A DNA stretch of 64,000 nt from Squalus acanthias. Its lineage: Eukaryota. The notes beneath the pieces are model-generated. The model was given only the letters and a program-made list of their open reading frames with translations, was not told where the DNA came from and did no database searches. The DNA is taken from assembly GCA_030390025.1 (NCBI GenBank), contig JASTWF010000034.1:2356001-2420000 (forward strand). The letters run 5' to 3'. The stretch's first letter is position 1. Each line of letters opens with the position of its first letter. Of the stretch, positions 1 to 11,667 are shown one piece after another. The position numbers were made by a program, and so were the translations under genes.

Positions 1-110
1 TAATCCAGGCAGCCCTGGGAATTAAATTCCTGGACTGAGGTGGGAGCAGTGTAATCTAGGCAGCTATGGGAATGAAATTCCTGGACTGAGGTGCGAGCAG
101 TGTAATCTAG
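1..110. repeat. ~51-bp tandem repeat, 2 copies, cut by window edge
   Basis: TAATCYAGGCAGC...AAATTCCTGGACTGAGGTGSGAGCAGTG occurs twice in tandem. Confidence 0.7.
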
Positions 111-177
111 TCGAGTCCCATCGTTCCATCACTGGGATATTCTCTCAGATCCTGCCATTTAAGACCATTTATTTATT

Positions 178-919
178 GGCCCAGAAATTGATCTCGCTCT
201 GTTCCCGCGGGGGTAAGCCTTCCCCGCGATGTCTCACCTCGCTTATGCTTTTTCAGATCCAGCTCGCACGAACTTGATGTTGCAGACATCAGCTGTGCTG
301 GGCTTGCGTATCCCAGCGGCGTAGTGAATTCGTGCGAGCTGTGGGATCACGTGACTCAGTTAGAACCAATGGCAGCACACCATCTTCCATTCATAAGTCT
401 CACAGCATGGCTGTGAAATCTATGAATCTTACACCCCCCAAAATAACAGCTAAACCTCAATTAAATTTAAAAAAAAACCATCACATTAATAAAATAAGTA
501 TAGTTAATTAAATTAACCATTTTAAATAAAAAATTAAATTTTTGAAAAAATTTAAAATCTTTTAAAAAGTTATAAAAATAAACTTACCTGTCTTTAAAGT
601 CTATAAAAAAGATATACCTGTAAAAAAAAATTCAAAAAAATACTTAATTCACTACTTACCTTCTTAAAAGCGGGTCTTACTCCTCCTTTTTACATTTCCA
701 AAATCTTCCCTACTTACCTGCGCGTCCAAAGCATGAAGTGCACAGCTTGCGCGCAGCCTGTAGCGCGTACGCGATGCACCCAGGCCCCGCCCCCTTTTCA
801 GAAGAGCAAGTGCCGGTTTTCAGCGCATGCGCAGGGCATGCAGAAAACCGGCAATTGGAGTGGGAATACGCGAGAGTACGCAGTGCGTACTCTCGCGTCC
901 CGGGATCAATTTTCGGCCC
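178..919 (+). mobile_element. Non-autonomous DNA transposon (MITE), PIF/Harbinger-like, copy 1
   Basis: Imperfect TIRs GGCCCAGAAATTGATC...GATCAATTTTCGGCCC; ATT on both sides (175-177, 920-922); similar inverted copies at 13615-14354 and 38297-39039. Confidence 0.9.
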
Positions 920-1039
920 ATTATTTTTTAATCCCGATGGCCTGGTATGGAATAAATCAGAGAACTAGTGTGGGGAAATCCATTTTGTCAGTGGTCTAAA
1001 CAGAGTGCTTAGGTTGTGAATTTGGAAAGCTTGGGAATT

Positions 1040-1566
1040 AGTAGCAGAGGGGAAGGAGGAGAGAGCGAGAGGAGCGGCCGGAGATAAAGGTAGGCCAGAG
1101 AACCCGGAGCTGGGAGCGAGTGTAAGGGAGTTCGGTAAGTGACATCAGCACAAGGGAGGACGCTGCAAAGAAAAAATAGTATGTTGATTGTGATTTTTTT
1201 GAAGTCTTGAGTTTAATTCCGTTAAGTTAGTTGGTAGTCCATTAAATAGAGACTTGACAGGGCACCTCGGTGCCGTGGAATGCTCACCTTGTGTCATGCA
1301 TTTAGTGCAGGAGCCCCATGAGTGCATCTCACTCTCGAACCAGTATTCGATGCTTCCTCTGGGGAGTACAGCCAGAGCCAAGTCCACGGCAACACTGTTG
1401 GCTGAGCTGTAGGTGGGAGGGGGGCAGCAAGGTCGGGAAAGCAATAGTGATAGGAGATTCGATGGTTAAAGGAACAGACAGGTGTTTCTCCAGCCACAGA
1501 CGTGACTCCAGGATGATATGTTGCCTCCCTGGTGCCAGGGTCAAGGATGTCACTGAAATAACATAA
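1040..1566 (+). mobile_element. CR1 LINE 5' region / ORF1 (SGNH esterase) fragment
   Basis: Translation IVIGDSMVKGTDRCF...SRMICCLPGARVKDV matches ORF1 of the CR1 elements at 43.8-44.6 kb and 57.2-58.2 kb. Confidence 0.8.
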
Positions 1567-1699
1567 GGGACAGTCTGTGATAGGGTGGAAGGCAGGAGTG
1601 GTTAAATGTTACAAATGGGGATGACAGAATCATCAACAGCTGCCGCCTGACCTGCAGTCAGAGTGGCAGTGGAGCGGAGAATTAAAGTGACAAGCGCTC

Positions 1700-2002
1700 C
1701 ACTCCCACTCTGACCTCTCTGTTCTCGGGCTCTTACAACGTAAGCTCGAGGAACAGCATCACATCTTTCTATTAGGCACTTTACAGCCTTCTGGATTCAA
1801 CATTGAGTTCAACAATTTCAGACCATAACCTCGGCCCCTATGTTTCAGGCGGCAGCTGTTGATGATTCTACCATCCCCATTTGCAACATTGAACCACTCC
1901 TGCCTTCCACCCTATCACAGACCGTTCCTTTTATTATTTCCTCCCCTACACCCTTTCCCTGCCCCTGCATCAGATTTCCAGCATCCGCAGTATTTTGCTA
2001 TT
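1700..2002 (+). mobile_element. Penelope-like element 3' fragment (GIY-YIG C-terminus and tail)
   Basis: Reads RKLEEQHHIFLLGTLQPSGFNIEFNNFRP*, the LQPxGxN end typical of PLE endonucleases; the tail CAGATTTCCAGCATCCGCAGTATTTT recurs near 9355 and 19395. Confidence 0.7.
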
Positions 2003-2019
2003 GCAAGGTCTAAGATAAA

Positions 2020-3000
2020 TGAAAAAGAAAGACTTACATTTATATAGCGCCTTTCACGACCACCAGACGTCTCGAAGCGCTTTACAGCCAATGAATACTT
2101 TTGGAGTGTAGTCACTGTTCTAATGTGAGAAACACGGCAGCTAATTTGTGCACAGCAAGCTCCCAGAAACAGCAACGTGATAATGACCAGATAAACTGTT
2201 TCTGTTATGTTGATTGAGGGATAAATATTGGCCAGAACACCGGGGATAACTCCTCTACTGTTAACATAAGAACATAAGAAATAGGAGCAGGAGTAGGCCA
2301 ATCGGCCCCTCGAGCCTGCTCCGCCATTCAATAAGATCATGGCTGATCTGATCCTAACCGCCAATCTACTATCTACTATCACAGAACCATCTCCTGCATC
2401 TAACAGAATTGCACACACGAAATAGGAGCAGAATCAGGCTACACGGTCCCTGGGCCCGCTCCACTACCCACAGGGCCATGGCCGATACGAACCTAGACTC
2501 ATGTCCAAATTCCTGCCCGCTCCCCGTAACCCTTAATGCCCTTTACTTCTAGGAAACTGTCTATTTCTGTTTTAAATTTATTTAATGATGTAGCTTCTAC
2601 AGCTTTTTGTGGCAGCATATTCCATGGACCTACCACCCTCTGAGTGAAGTAGTTCCTCCTCATCTCAGTTTTGAAAGAGCAGCCTCTTATTCTAAGACTA
2701 TGTCCCCTAGTTCTAGTCTCACCCGTCATCGGGAACATCCTCCCCGCATCCACCCGATCCAACCCCTTCACAATCTTCGAACTTGTGCAATGGGATCTTT
2801 TCCGTCCACCTGAGAGAGCTGACGGGGCCTCGGTTTAACGGCACATCCGAAAGACGGCACCTCCAACAGTGCAGCACTCCCTCATTACTACATGGGAGTG
2901 TCAGTCTAGATTTATGAGCTTAATTCCCTGGAGTGGGCACTTGAACCCACAACCTCTGACTGAGAGGCGAGTGTGCTACCAACTGAGCCACAGCTGACAC
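2020..3000 (-). mobile_element. DeuSINE (SacSINE1/AmnSINE-like), interrupted by a CR1 3' fragment
   Basis: Minus strand has a tRNA-like head (~3000-2930), the Deu-domain-like core GGAGGTGCCGTCTTTCGGATG...TTAAACCGAGGCCCC and tail AAGGCGCTATATAAATG; split at ~2262-2773. Family recognised from memory. Confidence 0.8.
2262..2773 (-). mobile_element. 5'-truncated CR1 LINE (ORF2 C-terminus and 3' UTR)
   Basis: ORF 2499-2771 (GHSLRIRG...RRNYFTQRVV); (TTCTTATG)n tail; nearly identical to 12920-13281. Confidence 0.9.
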
Positions 3001-3009
3001 TGTCAGATG

Positions 3010-6000
3010 GGTTTACAGTGCATGTGTGTAAACGCACGAAGCGTGGTAAATAAGGTGGGTGAGCTGCAGGCGCAAATAACCACATAGGGAAATGATGTTG
3101 TGGCGATAACAAGACCTGGCTCTAAAAAGGGCAGGATTGGGTACTAAATATTCCTAAGTATAAGATATTCGGGAAAGATAGGGAAATAAATAAATTTGGT
3201 AAGTTAGCAGTATTGATAAAGGAGAAAATTAAAGTGCTGGAGAAGAGAGGATGTCTTAGAGGGATAAAGGACAGAATATATTTGGTTAGAGTTAAGGAAC
3301 AATAGAGGTACCAGATGTATTCTATCGGCCACCAACTAGTGGAAAGGAGCAAATCTGCAGGGAAATTAGAGAAGTAGAAGAAATGTAGAGTAGTAATAAT
3401 GGGGGACTTCAGTTATCCTAATATAGACTGGGATAATCATCGTATAAAAGGCAGAGATGGGGAAGAATTTCTGAAGTGAGTTCAAGAGAACTTTCTTGAT
3501 TGGTGCATTTCCGGCCCAAAGAGGAAGGAGGCATTGCTGGATCTGGTTCTGGGGAATGAGGTAGGTCAAGTGGAGAAAGTGTCAGTAAGGGAACATTTAG
3601 GGAACAGTGATCATAGTATCATCAAGTTTAGATTAGCTATGGAAAAGGACAAGGAACAATGTAGAGTGAAAATACTTAATTGGAGGAGGGCCAATTTCAG
3701 TGGGTGGAGAACGGAGTTGGCTTGGGTAAATTGGAATCAAATATTGGCAGGCAAAACAGTCAGAGAACAATGGACCGCCTTTAAAGAAGAGATGATTCGG
3801 GTACAATCGAGGTACACATCCACTATGGGGTTAGGCAGCGCAAACAAAGCCAGAGCTCCCTGGATGACGAAAGAGACAGTGACTGAGAGGAAGCAGGAAA
3901 AGAGGGCGTATGACATATGTCAAGTTGAGAATACAAGTGAGAACCAGGCTGAATACACAAAGTTGAGAGAGGAAGTGTAAAACGAAATAAGACGGGCAAA
4001 CAGAGTATGAGAATACATTGGCAGCTAACAAAAAAATGGAATCCAAACGTCTTCGAAAGGAATATAAATAGTAAACGGGCAGTAAGAGGAGGGGTGGGGC
4101 TGATTAAGGGCCTAAAAGGAGACCAATGAATGGAGGCGGTGGGCATGGTCGAGATATTAAATTAATACTTGGTATCTGTCTTTACCAAGGAAGGAGCTGC
4201 TGCCAAAGTTATAGTGAAAGAGGAGGTAGTTGAGATACTGGATGGACTAAAACTTGATAAAGACGAGGTACTAGAAAGGCTGGCTGTACTTAAAGTAGAT
4301 AAGTCACCAGGAGCGGATGGGATGCTTCCTAGGATGCTGAGGGAGGTAAGGGTAGAAATTGCGGAGGTACTGTCCATACTCTTCCAATCTTCTTTAGATA
4401 CAGTGTGGTGCCAGAGAACTGGAGAATTGCAACTGTTACAGCCTTGTTCAAAACGGGTGTAAGGATAAACCCAGCAACTGTAAGGCAACCAGTTGAACCT
4501 TGCTGGTTAGGAAGGTTTGAGAAACTATAATCTGGGACAAAATTAACAGGCACTTAGACAAGTGTGGATTAATTAAGGAAAGCCAGCACGGATTTGTCAA
4601 AGGGAAATCGTATTTTAACTAACTTGTCGTGTTTATTGATGATTCAATAGGGAAGGTTGATGGGGTCAATGCGGTTGATGTGGTGTACATGGACTTCAAA
4701 AAGACGTTGATAAAGTGCCACATAACAGGCTTGCCAGCAAAGCTGAAGCCCATGGAATAAAAGAGATTGGCGAAGTGACAGGAAACAGAGAGTAGCGGTG
4801 AACGGTTGTTTTCCGGAATGGAAGAAGTGTTAGGGAGAAATTATTTCACTCCAGTCTGTTTATAGGTAAAAGCAAGAAACAGTTTATTTAATATTCAGAG
4901 ATCCCTGGGAGAAGTGTCACAGAATCTTGCTCGGTCTGATGACTTCAACTTCTCGACCTCTCGTTGTCAATGACAACCTTTTATTGAAGAGTTGTCCAAT
5001 CACATAGTTACAAAATATCACATGATTACAAGTTTGTCAATTTCAAACTTAAACAGCTTACAATTAATTCGTTATATTCTAAACAATTTATATCAGTTCA
5101 AGCTAAATCATTAATTCGTTATATTTTAATTCGTTATACTCTTATCTCTGTCAGTTACAAACTAAAGCATTAATGACGTATATATGCAGTCTGCTTGGAG
5201 GCCCTGTGTCTGGGTTTTTACAGTCTTTTCATTGTGTTATGACCTTGGGTGTTGCTAAGTATCACAACGCTCAACCAGGCCTTATCTCCCACCTGGGAGG
5301 TTTCATACAGAAGACGAAAAATTATTATTTTAATTTAACGTGAGTTCATATTAACTCTTTCACTCCCATTAACTCTTTTCACTCCCCTACAAAGGTACAC
5401 AGTGGTGTTCCCCAGGGGTTGGTACTAGGACCACTGCTTTTCTTGATATATATTAATGATTTGGACTTGGGGGTAAAGGGCACAATTTCGAAATTTGCAG
5501 ATGAAACAAAACTTGGAAGTATAGTGAACAGTGTGGAGGATAGTGATGGACTTGAAGAGGATATAGACATGCTGGTGGAATGGGCGGACACGTGGCAGAT
5601 GACATTTAACGCAGAAACGTATGAAATGATACAATTTGATAGGTAGAATGAGGAGAGACAATATAAAGTAAAGGGTACAATTCTAAAAGGGGTGCATGAA
5701 CAGAGAGACCTGGGGTATATGTGCACACATCGTTGAAGTTTGCAGGGCAGGTTGAGAAAACAGTTAAAAAAGCATACAGGATCCTGGGCTTCATAAATAG
5801 AGGCATAGAGTACAGAAACAAGCAAGTTATGATGAACCTGTATAAAACACTGGTTCAGCCTCAACTGGGGTATTATGTACGATTCTGGGCACCGCACTTT
5901 AGGAAGGATTTGAATGATTAGAGCGGGTGCAGGAAGGATTTACAAGAATGATTCCAGTGATTAGGGACTTCAGCTATGTGGATAGACTGGAGAAACTGGG

Positions 6001-6150
6001 GTTGTTATCCTTAGAGCAGAGGAGGTTGAGAGGAGATGTGATAGAGCTGTTCAAAATCATGAGGGCTCTGGACAGAGTAGATAGAGAGAAACTGTTCCCA
6101 TTGGTGGAAAGGTCGCTAATCAGAGGACACAGATTTAAGGTGATTGGCAG
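3010..6150 (+). mobile_element. Decayed CR1 ORF2 (APE + RT), interrupted by a solo LTR
   Basis: Fragments LDLVLGNE...GNSDH, KSPGADGM, PQGLVLGPLLFLIYINDL, SKFADETK in order, with stops and frameshifts. Confidence 0.9.
4828..5391 (-). mobile_element. Solo LTR (564 bp) inserted in CR1 RT region
   Basis: Termini TGTTAGGG...CCCCTACA (TG..CA, short inverted ends); CR1 resumes on both sides; AAG shared by both flanks (imperfect TSD); minus-strand AATAAA near 4885 suggests orientation. Confidence 0.7.
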
Positions 6151-9023
6151 AATGTTAGGGTCTGTGAGGGCGAATCTCCTAGACCCAGCGGGCTGCAGCA
6201 ATGCCATGTGGGTACGGTAAGCAGGTGCGCGAGGTCTGCTGCACAGCACTTGGATGAGGAACTCGATATCGCGGCCATGAATACCCAAGCCTTGAGCATG
6301 AACACTGAGCTGATGGGTGCAATGGCAAGTGTGCTTGACAGCATGGATACAATGGCTAGGAGCGTGGAGGAGTCCGCCGCTAGCACAGCTTTCATCTGTG
6401 TGCAAGCCCTTGTACCCATCCTTGCCTCATTGCAGAGGATGGTTGAATTGCAGGGAGACCATGGTGAACCAGAGCCGTGTGTAATGCGTGAGGTGGCATG
6501 ATCCATTGCAGCACAGGCCGACGCAACGCAATGGCTTAGTGCTGCAATTCAGTCATTGGATGGTGCCATCCAGTCTCAGACTGCTGTCATGCCGTCTCAG
6601 ATTGATGTCACGCAAGCATGAGTACTGCCATCCTCGCAGGGTCACCCACAGTCCCTCAGGGATCTCACGGTGCCGCAGCAGGCCAGCAATCTGTGCTCGA
6701 GCTGATTGCTCCAGATGCTGAGGTTCTGCCCCGGAGGAGTGGCAGCATTTCAGTCGAACAGAAAGGTGCTGTCCCATCTCAAGATGACAGCATTCCTGTC
6801 CCACCAACGCCACTACCCCATTGCACTTGGCATGGTCTGCAACACAGCCAGCCCAGACTGCTGCCGCCCATACAGAGTTGGTGCAGTCAGCAGCCCGGCT
6901 CTCTAGGCCCAGAGCTGATCGAGGGCGTCCTTCAAGGCAATCTCTAGATCAAGCATTCAGCAGCCTTCCGCCAGCCTTGCTGCAGCCAGTGGGGCCACAT
7001 TACAGAGGAGCAGTAGGGTGGGAAGGGGGGATATGCGGAGGGGGTGGAGGTCACCCTCGAAGTCCCAAAAGTAGAATCTGTAAATAAATCGGGGGAATGT
7101 TTGTGGGAAAGTTTGAGGTTGTTATCATATTTGTTGACTGTTTTGCCATTTGGCTCCATGTTGTGAGAACGAGTTTTGTTCGTTCATGAATTGTTGGGTT
7201 TGTTTCTAATTGTTTGTCCTGATCAAATGGCACAGATTTTGTAATATAAATATTTTTTTAAATTCTAACTTTAAATCTTTCCTGATTTGAATCATTGCAG
7301 CTTAGGCCGGCAACAGGGTGTGCGGGATGCTTTCAGTGATGTGCTTCTTCATCCCAGAAGCTATCTTCTCAGTAAGGGATTAGAATCGGTGTCTTATCAG
7401 CCATTCACGGTCGGCCCTTGCAATGGCAACATTGTGCATCTCCCTCCCACCGTGGTGCTGCTGATCCTCCTCTTCATCCTCCTCCTCATCCTCTTCCTCA
7501 GGTGGTGCACCAATCCCTGGTGGCAATAGCTGGGCCCTCATGATTGCAATGTTATGAAGCATGTAGCACACAACAATCAAGAGGGAGACTTGCTCGGGAT
7601 AGTACTGCAGGGCTCCCTCTGAGTGGTCCAGACACCGGAACCGTTGTTTCAAGTCACCGGTCGTGTGCTCTGAGGTTCCTGGTGGCGCTATGGCTCTCAT
7701 TGTATTGCTGCTCGGCAGGGGTGTTGGGTTTATGGAGCGGTGTCATCAGCCAGATTCAGAGTGGATAACCCTTGTCCCCGAGGAGCCATCCATTAGGTTG
7801 ATGCGGTGGTTGGAAGAGGTCTGCGACACCGGTCTGCCGCAGGATAAAAGTATCGTAGCTGCTGCCAGGATAGCGGGCATTGACGGCAAGGATGAGCTGA
7901 CTGTGGTCACACACCCACTGGACATTCAGAGCGTGGCTGCCCTTGTAGTTTCGGAACACCTCTGCATTGTCATGAGTTGCCCCACAATGCCACATGCGTG
8001 CTGTCAATGGCGCCCTGAACCATGGGGAAGCCCACTATTCTCGCACAGCCACATGCGCGTTTGTGCTGTTTGTCCCGGGTCATGGGGAGAGATGTACTGG
8101 CGTCTCCTCTTATACAAAGCCTTTGTCACCTCCTGGATGCAACAATGAACAGCGAACTGGGAGATATTCACTATGTCCCCAGTAGAAGTCTGAAAGGGAC
8201 CGCTGACTTAGAAATTCAGAGCCACTTTCACCCTCACTGCCACCGACAGTGACGTCCTGGTCCTGAACTGAGGCTGCAGATCTGGTCGCAGGAGGTGGCA
8301 GAGCACAGTGACCACCTCCTTGCTGATGCACAGTCTTTGGAAACACTGCTCCTCAGAAACATGGATATAGGAGGAGAATTGCTCCCGGAATACCCTGGGA
8401 GGATAAGGTCTCCTGTGCAGAGGCCTGTTGGCCCTCCTCCCTCTGGCAATGTTTGCAACTGTCTCTCTGCGCCTCTACAGTCTCTGAAGGTGAAGCTGGA
8501 CAATGCAGAAGCCCCGAGTTAGTGCAGCCCCCATCGAAGCTTCCATATATCGTTAGAAGGAAGTTGAAATAAAAATGAACCTCCAAAGTTGTTCTCAGGA
8601 CCCAAAACTCTTTCGGTCAGCGTCGAATCTCTCCAGACGTCTGTCTCCCTCTCAACCTGTGTGTACCAAAAATTTTGCAGACAAGAAAAGGCAGGAAGCG
8701 GCCGCCTTTAAATAGCGCTCCCCCAGCTCCTTCCTGACTTGAAAACGTTCCCCTCTACCTGTCGTTCCTAGCGGCAGGCGGAAAGGCAGGGGACGTGACT
8801 CAATATCCGGTCCGGGGTGCTACCGGGGCGTTCCACTCTCGTATGATGTCACGATCTGCGGGCGCAAGAGACTGTGGCGGCATTCTTTAGCGCCGCTGCA
8901 AAACGACTGGTCTATTTCGCGAGTGGCGCTAAAATAGCCGTGCTCGGGCGCTAAGTATCGAGCACACCGTTAGCGCCCCTGAAAGCGCTAAGGGGAGGCG
9001 CAAACTAACCGGCTTTTTCCCCG
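6150..9023. mobile_element. Decayed, left-truncated PIF/Harbinger DNA transposon
   Basis: HARBI1-like transposase remnants on the minus strand; convergent + strand coding-like remnants at 6208-7030 where the Myb/SANT partner gene usually lies (not recognised by motif); GC-rich subterminal region ending ~9023. Confidence 0.75.
7380..8490 (-). pseudogene. Harbinger DDE transposase (HARBI1-like), frameshifted
   Basis: Motifs FRNYKGSHALNVQWVCD, NARYPGSSYD, WLLGDKGYPL, LKQRFRCLD, VVCYMLHNIA and an acidic tail, split over ORFs 7756-8007 and 7380-7700; 5' boundary approximate. Confidence 0.85.
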
Positions 9024-9249
9024 CATGTTTAACTGTGTTTCTCTCTTTCTCGTTCCCCATCCCATCCGCGCTGCTGTCAGCTATTGATTCTGATCGTGAT
9101 ATTGTGTAACCAAGATTCAAATGTTCTATATTCAACTCAAGTAAATTTATTGGAAGTGACTCTTGATTTAACGAATTTCAGTCTGCTACCGACACTGAAC
9201 ATTAGTATCAGGTCAGAAGAATGTTGTCTTGGTTTAGGAGACTTTTCAC

Positions 9250-9392
9250 CTAATGGCGAAAGGCCATCGACCTGAAACGTTAACTCTATTTCTCTCTCTC
9301 TCCACAGATGCTGCCTGACCCGCTGAGTATTTCCACCATTTTCTGTTTTCATTTCAGATTTCCAGTATCCGCAGTATTTTTCTTTTGTTTTC
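9250..9392 (+). mobile_element. Penelope-like terminal repeat fragment
   Basis: GAAAGGCCATCGACCTGAAACGTTAACTC...CCACAGATGCTGCCTGACC; same motif near 19300 (+) and 22170, 31360, 39050 (-). Confidence 0.65.
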
Positions 9393-10700
9393 ACCTAATG
9401 CTCGGTATGGTTACTTACAGAGTCACAGGAACAAATCCTGGCAGATCACATCCACATCATTAAATGTCTGAAATATCCGCTAATCATTCAGTTCCAGTCA
9501 GTGTCTCCTTTCCCACCCTCTCCAGTTCTGCATTATTGGCACTGCTTCTGGTGGTTAAAGTAGGATGACAAGGATAATTTACATTGTCACAAAACGTTCA
9601 TTCAGCCAGATTTCAATACATTTCTTTCTGATCATTGTACTGAATTTACAATTGGATCCCATGCCCGTCTGTCACAGTACAGTGGATCTGTAAGTGAGAC
9701 CCAGAGTGATTCTCTATTGCCTCCTGCTGTACTTCAGGATAAACAATCCCCGCTGATTGTAACTGAAGTACTGAGGATAAGAAAATCCTTTGATATCTTC
9801 TCGTCTAATATTCTCTGCAGAAGTTGGAAACAACAGGTGAAAAAGTACAAGGATAAATCTCTTCCATTTGAGTTCAGATACTTTTCAACAGCATTTGGTG
9901 GCACTTTGCCTGTGGGCTAAGTCGTCTGATTCCGATGCTAATAAATGCATTTAGTGGGACATTACCTGGTCAATCATCACTATTTACTTTAATTCAGAGT
10001 CCATTATTTGCAATGTTCCTTGCAAATCTTCCTTTCAATGAGTTAGAATTTGTGTATTTCAACAAAAATGCAGTAAACTCAATCTCCAAAACATATCTGA
10101 TAGCCCAGTTATCTTTATAACTGCAGTGCACTTGTATTTATTATCTTAGCATTGTCATATTACATCCGTACTTTCATATACAATTGCCTGTAATTATTGC
10201 ATGCCAAGGTTGCAGTTTCTGTATTTTGCTGTTGCATTCATTTTCAGTTCTAAATAGAATGGATATTCTGACTTGGAGCAGGCATCCAAGCCGGATTTCC
10301 CCCTCCCTAACACAGGGGCACAGAAGCGAACTGCACCGCTCCAAATGCTGACTGATCCCGGGACACGAAGGCTTCCTGAGAGGGTCTGGTCCTTTGTGTC
10401 CCTGGTACCTCGGGCGGTGCTTTTGTCTGCTGGGCTAAATGTAGATCGATCATTTAATCTCTCCTTGATCAAACATCTGCTACTTTCATGTTGTATTTAT
10501 TCCCATTTCATTTATTGATTCCACAATGTATTCCCGATTATTCTTGCAATACGCCCTGTATTCAGCTCCACAGGTAAAAGGATTAGATAATATCATCAAT
10601 GTCGGTAATGAGTTGCAGATTTCACCCCGAATTCCCTCAAACTGCTGCTTTTGCTCCCAGCCTGATGAATAATTTCCCTGTTTATTTCCCTTCCACACAG

Positions 10701-11602
10701 TTAACTTAGTGACGATAGGGATCCTGTCGCGGGGAAAGTGCGGTCTCTCCAAATGTGTCACTCGCTACCTGGTGGCAATGGCAGCGGCGGATCTACTGGT
10801 CATTATCCTCGACCTGATATTGAGGCACATTCCGATTGTTTATGGGGAACAGTTTGATTTCTTGCGGTCGATCCCCGTGTGTAATATCCACGCCGTCCTG
10901 CTGTTCGCAGCCACAGACTGTTCTGTCTGGTTCACCGTCACTTTCACCTTTGATCGATTTGTGGCCATTTGTTGCCAGAAGCTGAAAACTAAATATTGCA
11001 CCGAGAAAATGGCGGCTGTGGTTCTGGGAACAGTGACTGTGCTGAGCGGTTTAAAGAACATCATCTGGTATTTTATGTTCACAGGTCAGTATGGGCTTGG
11101 GAACATCCCCTGGTTTTGTGATGTCACAGACGATGTTCGTTATTCACGGGTCTGGGGAATAATTGAGCTCCTTCATTATATTCTCACCCCGTGTGTCCCA
11201 TTTGTTGTGATTCTGCTGCTCAATGCTATCACCGTCAGACACATTTTAGTGGCCAGCAGAGCCCGCAGGAGACTCCGGGGACCCAGCAGTGGGGAGAGTC
11301 CCAGAGACCCAGAGATGGAGAGCCGCAGGAAATCCATCATTTTACTGCTTGTTATCTCCGGCAATTTCATCCTGTTATGGGCCGTGTTTATGGTGTATTC
11401 TACATGGGGCCGGATGTGGTGGTTGGGGTATGATTCTGTACTTTTACCTGGTTATGTAATGAAACTGGGATTTGGGCTGCAGCTGCTGAGTTGCTGCACA
11501 AACACTGGGATTTACGCCGTGACCCAGACTAAGTTCAGAGAGCAGTTGAAGAATGTGGGGAAATATCCCTTTACTCTGATTGTAAAATTCATTAAAGAAT
11601 AA
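10701..11602 (+). CDS. Class A GPCR, GPR139/GPR142-like (probable G-protein coupled receptor 139-like); main 3' coding exon
   Basis: Uninterrupted frame covering end of TM1 to TM7: NLVTIGIL, MAAADLLV (TM2), CNIH and FTFDRFVAIC (TM3), TPCVPF (TM5), SGNFILLW (TM6), SCCTNTGIY (TM7); stop at 11600-11602; pyrimidine tract and acceptor TTTCCCTTCCACACAG ending 10700 (phase 1). The GTG start in the ORF track is probably not the true start. Confidence 0.92.
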
Positions 11603-11667
11603 TAAGAGGCGGAGAATTTGCAGACTGAGAGTTGGGAGTTCACAAGGCCTCGTTTGGTGGCGTGCCG

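Noticed and set aside
733..999. Short ORFs in MITE copies (also 13566-13870, 38194-38506)
   Set aside because: GC-rich palindromic subterminal DNA with no transposase motifs.
2930..3000. tRNA gene
   Set aside because: It is the tRNA-derived head of the DeuSINE, contiguous with the SINE body.
7380..8490. Domesticated host HARBI1 gene
   Set aside because: Multiple frameshifts and stops within a transposon context.
8990..9023. Harbinger copy as the autonomous partner of the MITE
   Set aside because: Its apparent end (GCGGGGAAAAAGCC on minus) matches the MITE TIR only weakly and its transposase is dead.
10526..10604. Possible nearby first exon for the GPCR (ATG 10526, donor GTAATG at 10605, phase-compatible)
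   Set aside because: Peptide MYSRLFLQYALYSAPQVKGLDNIINV does not supply a hydrophobic first half of TM1, and the stronger-looking donor at 10574 is the wrong phase; unsupported without RNA data.
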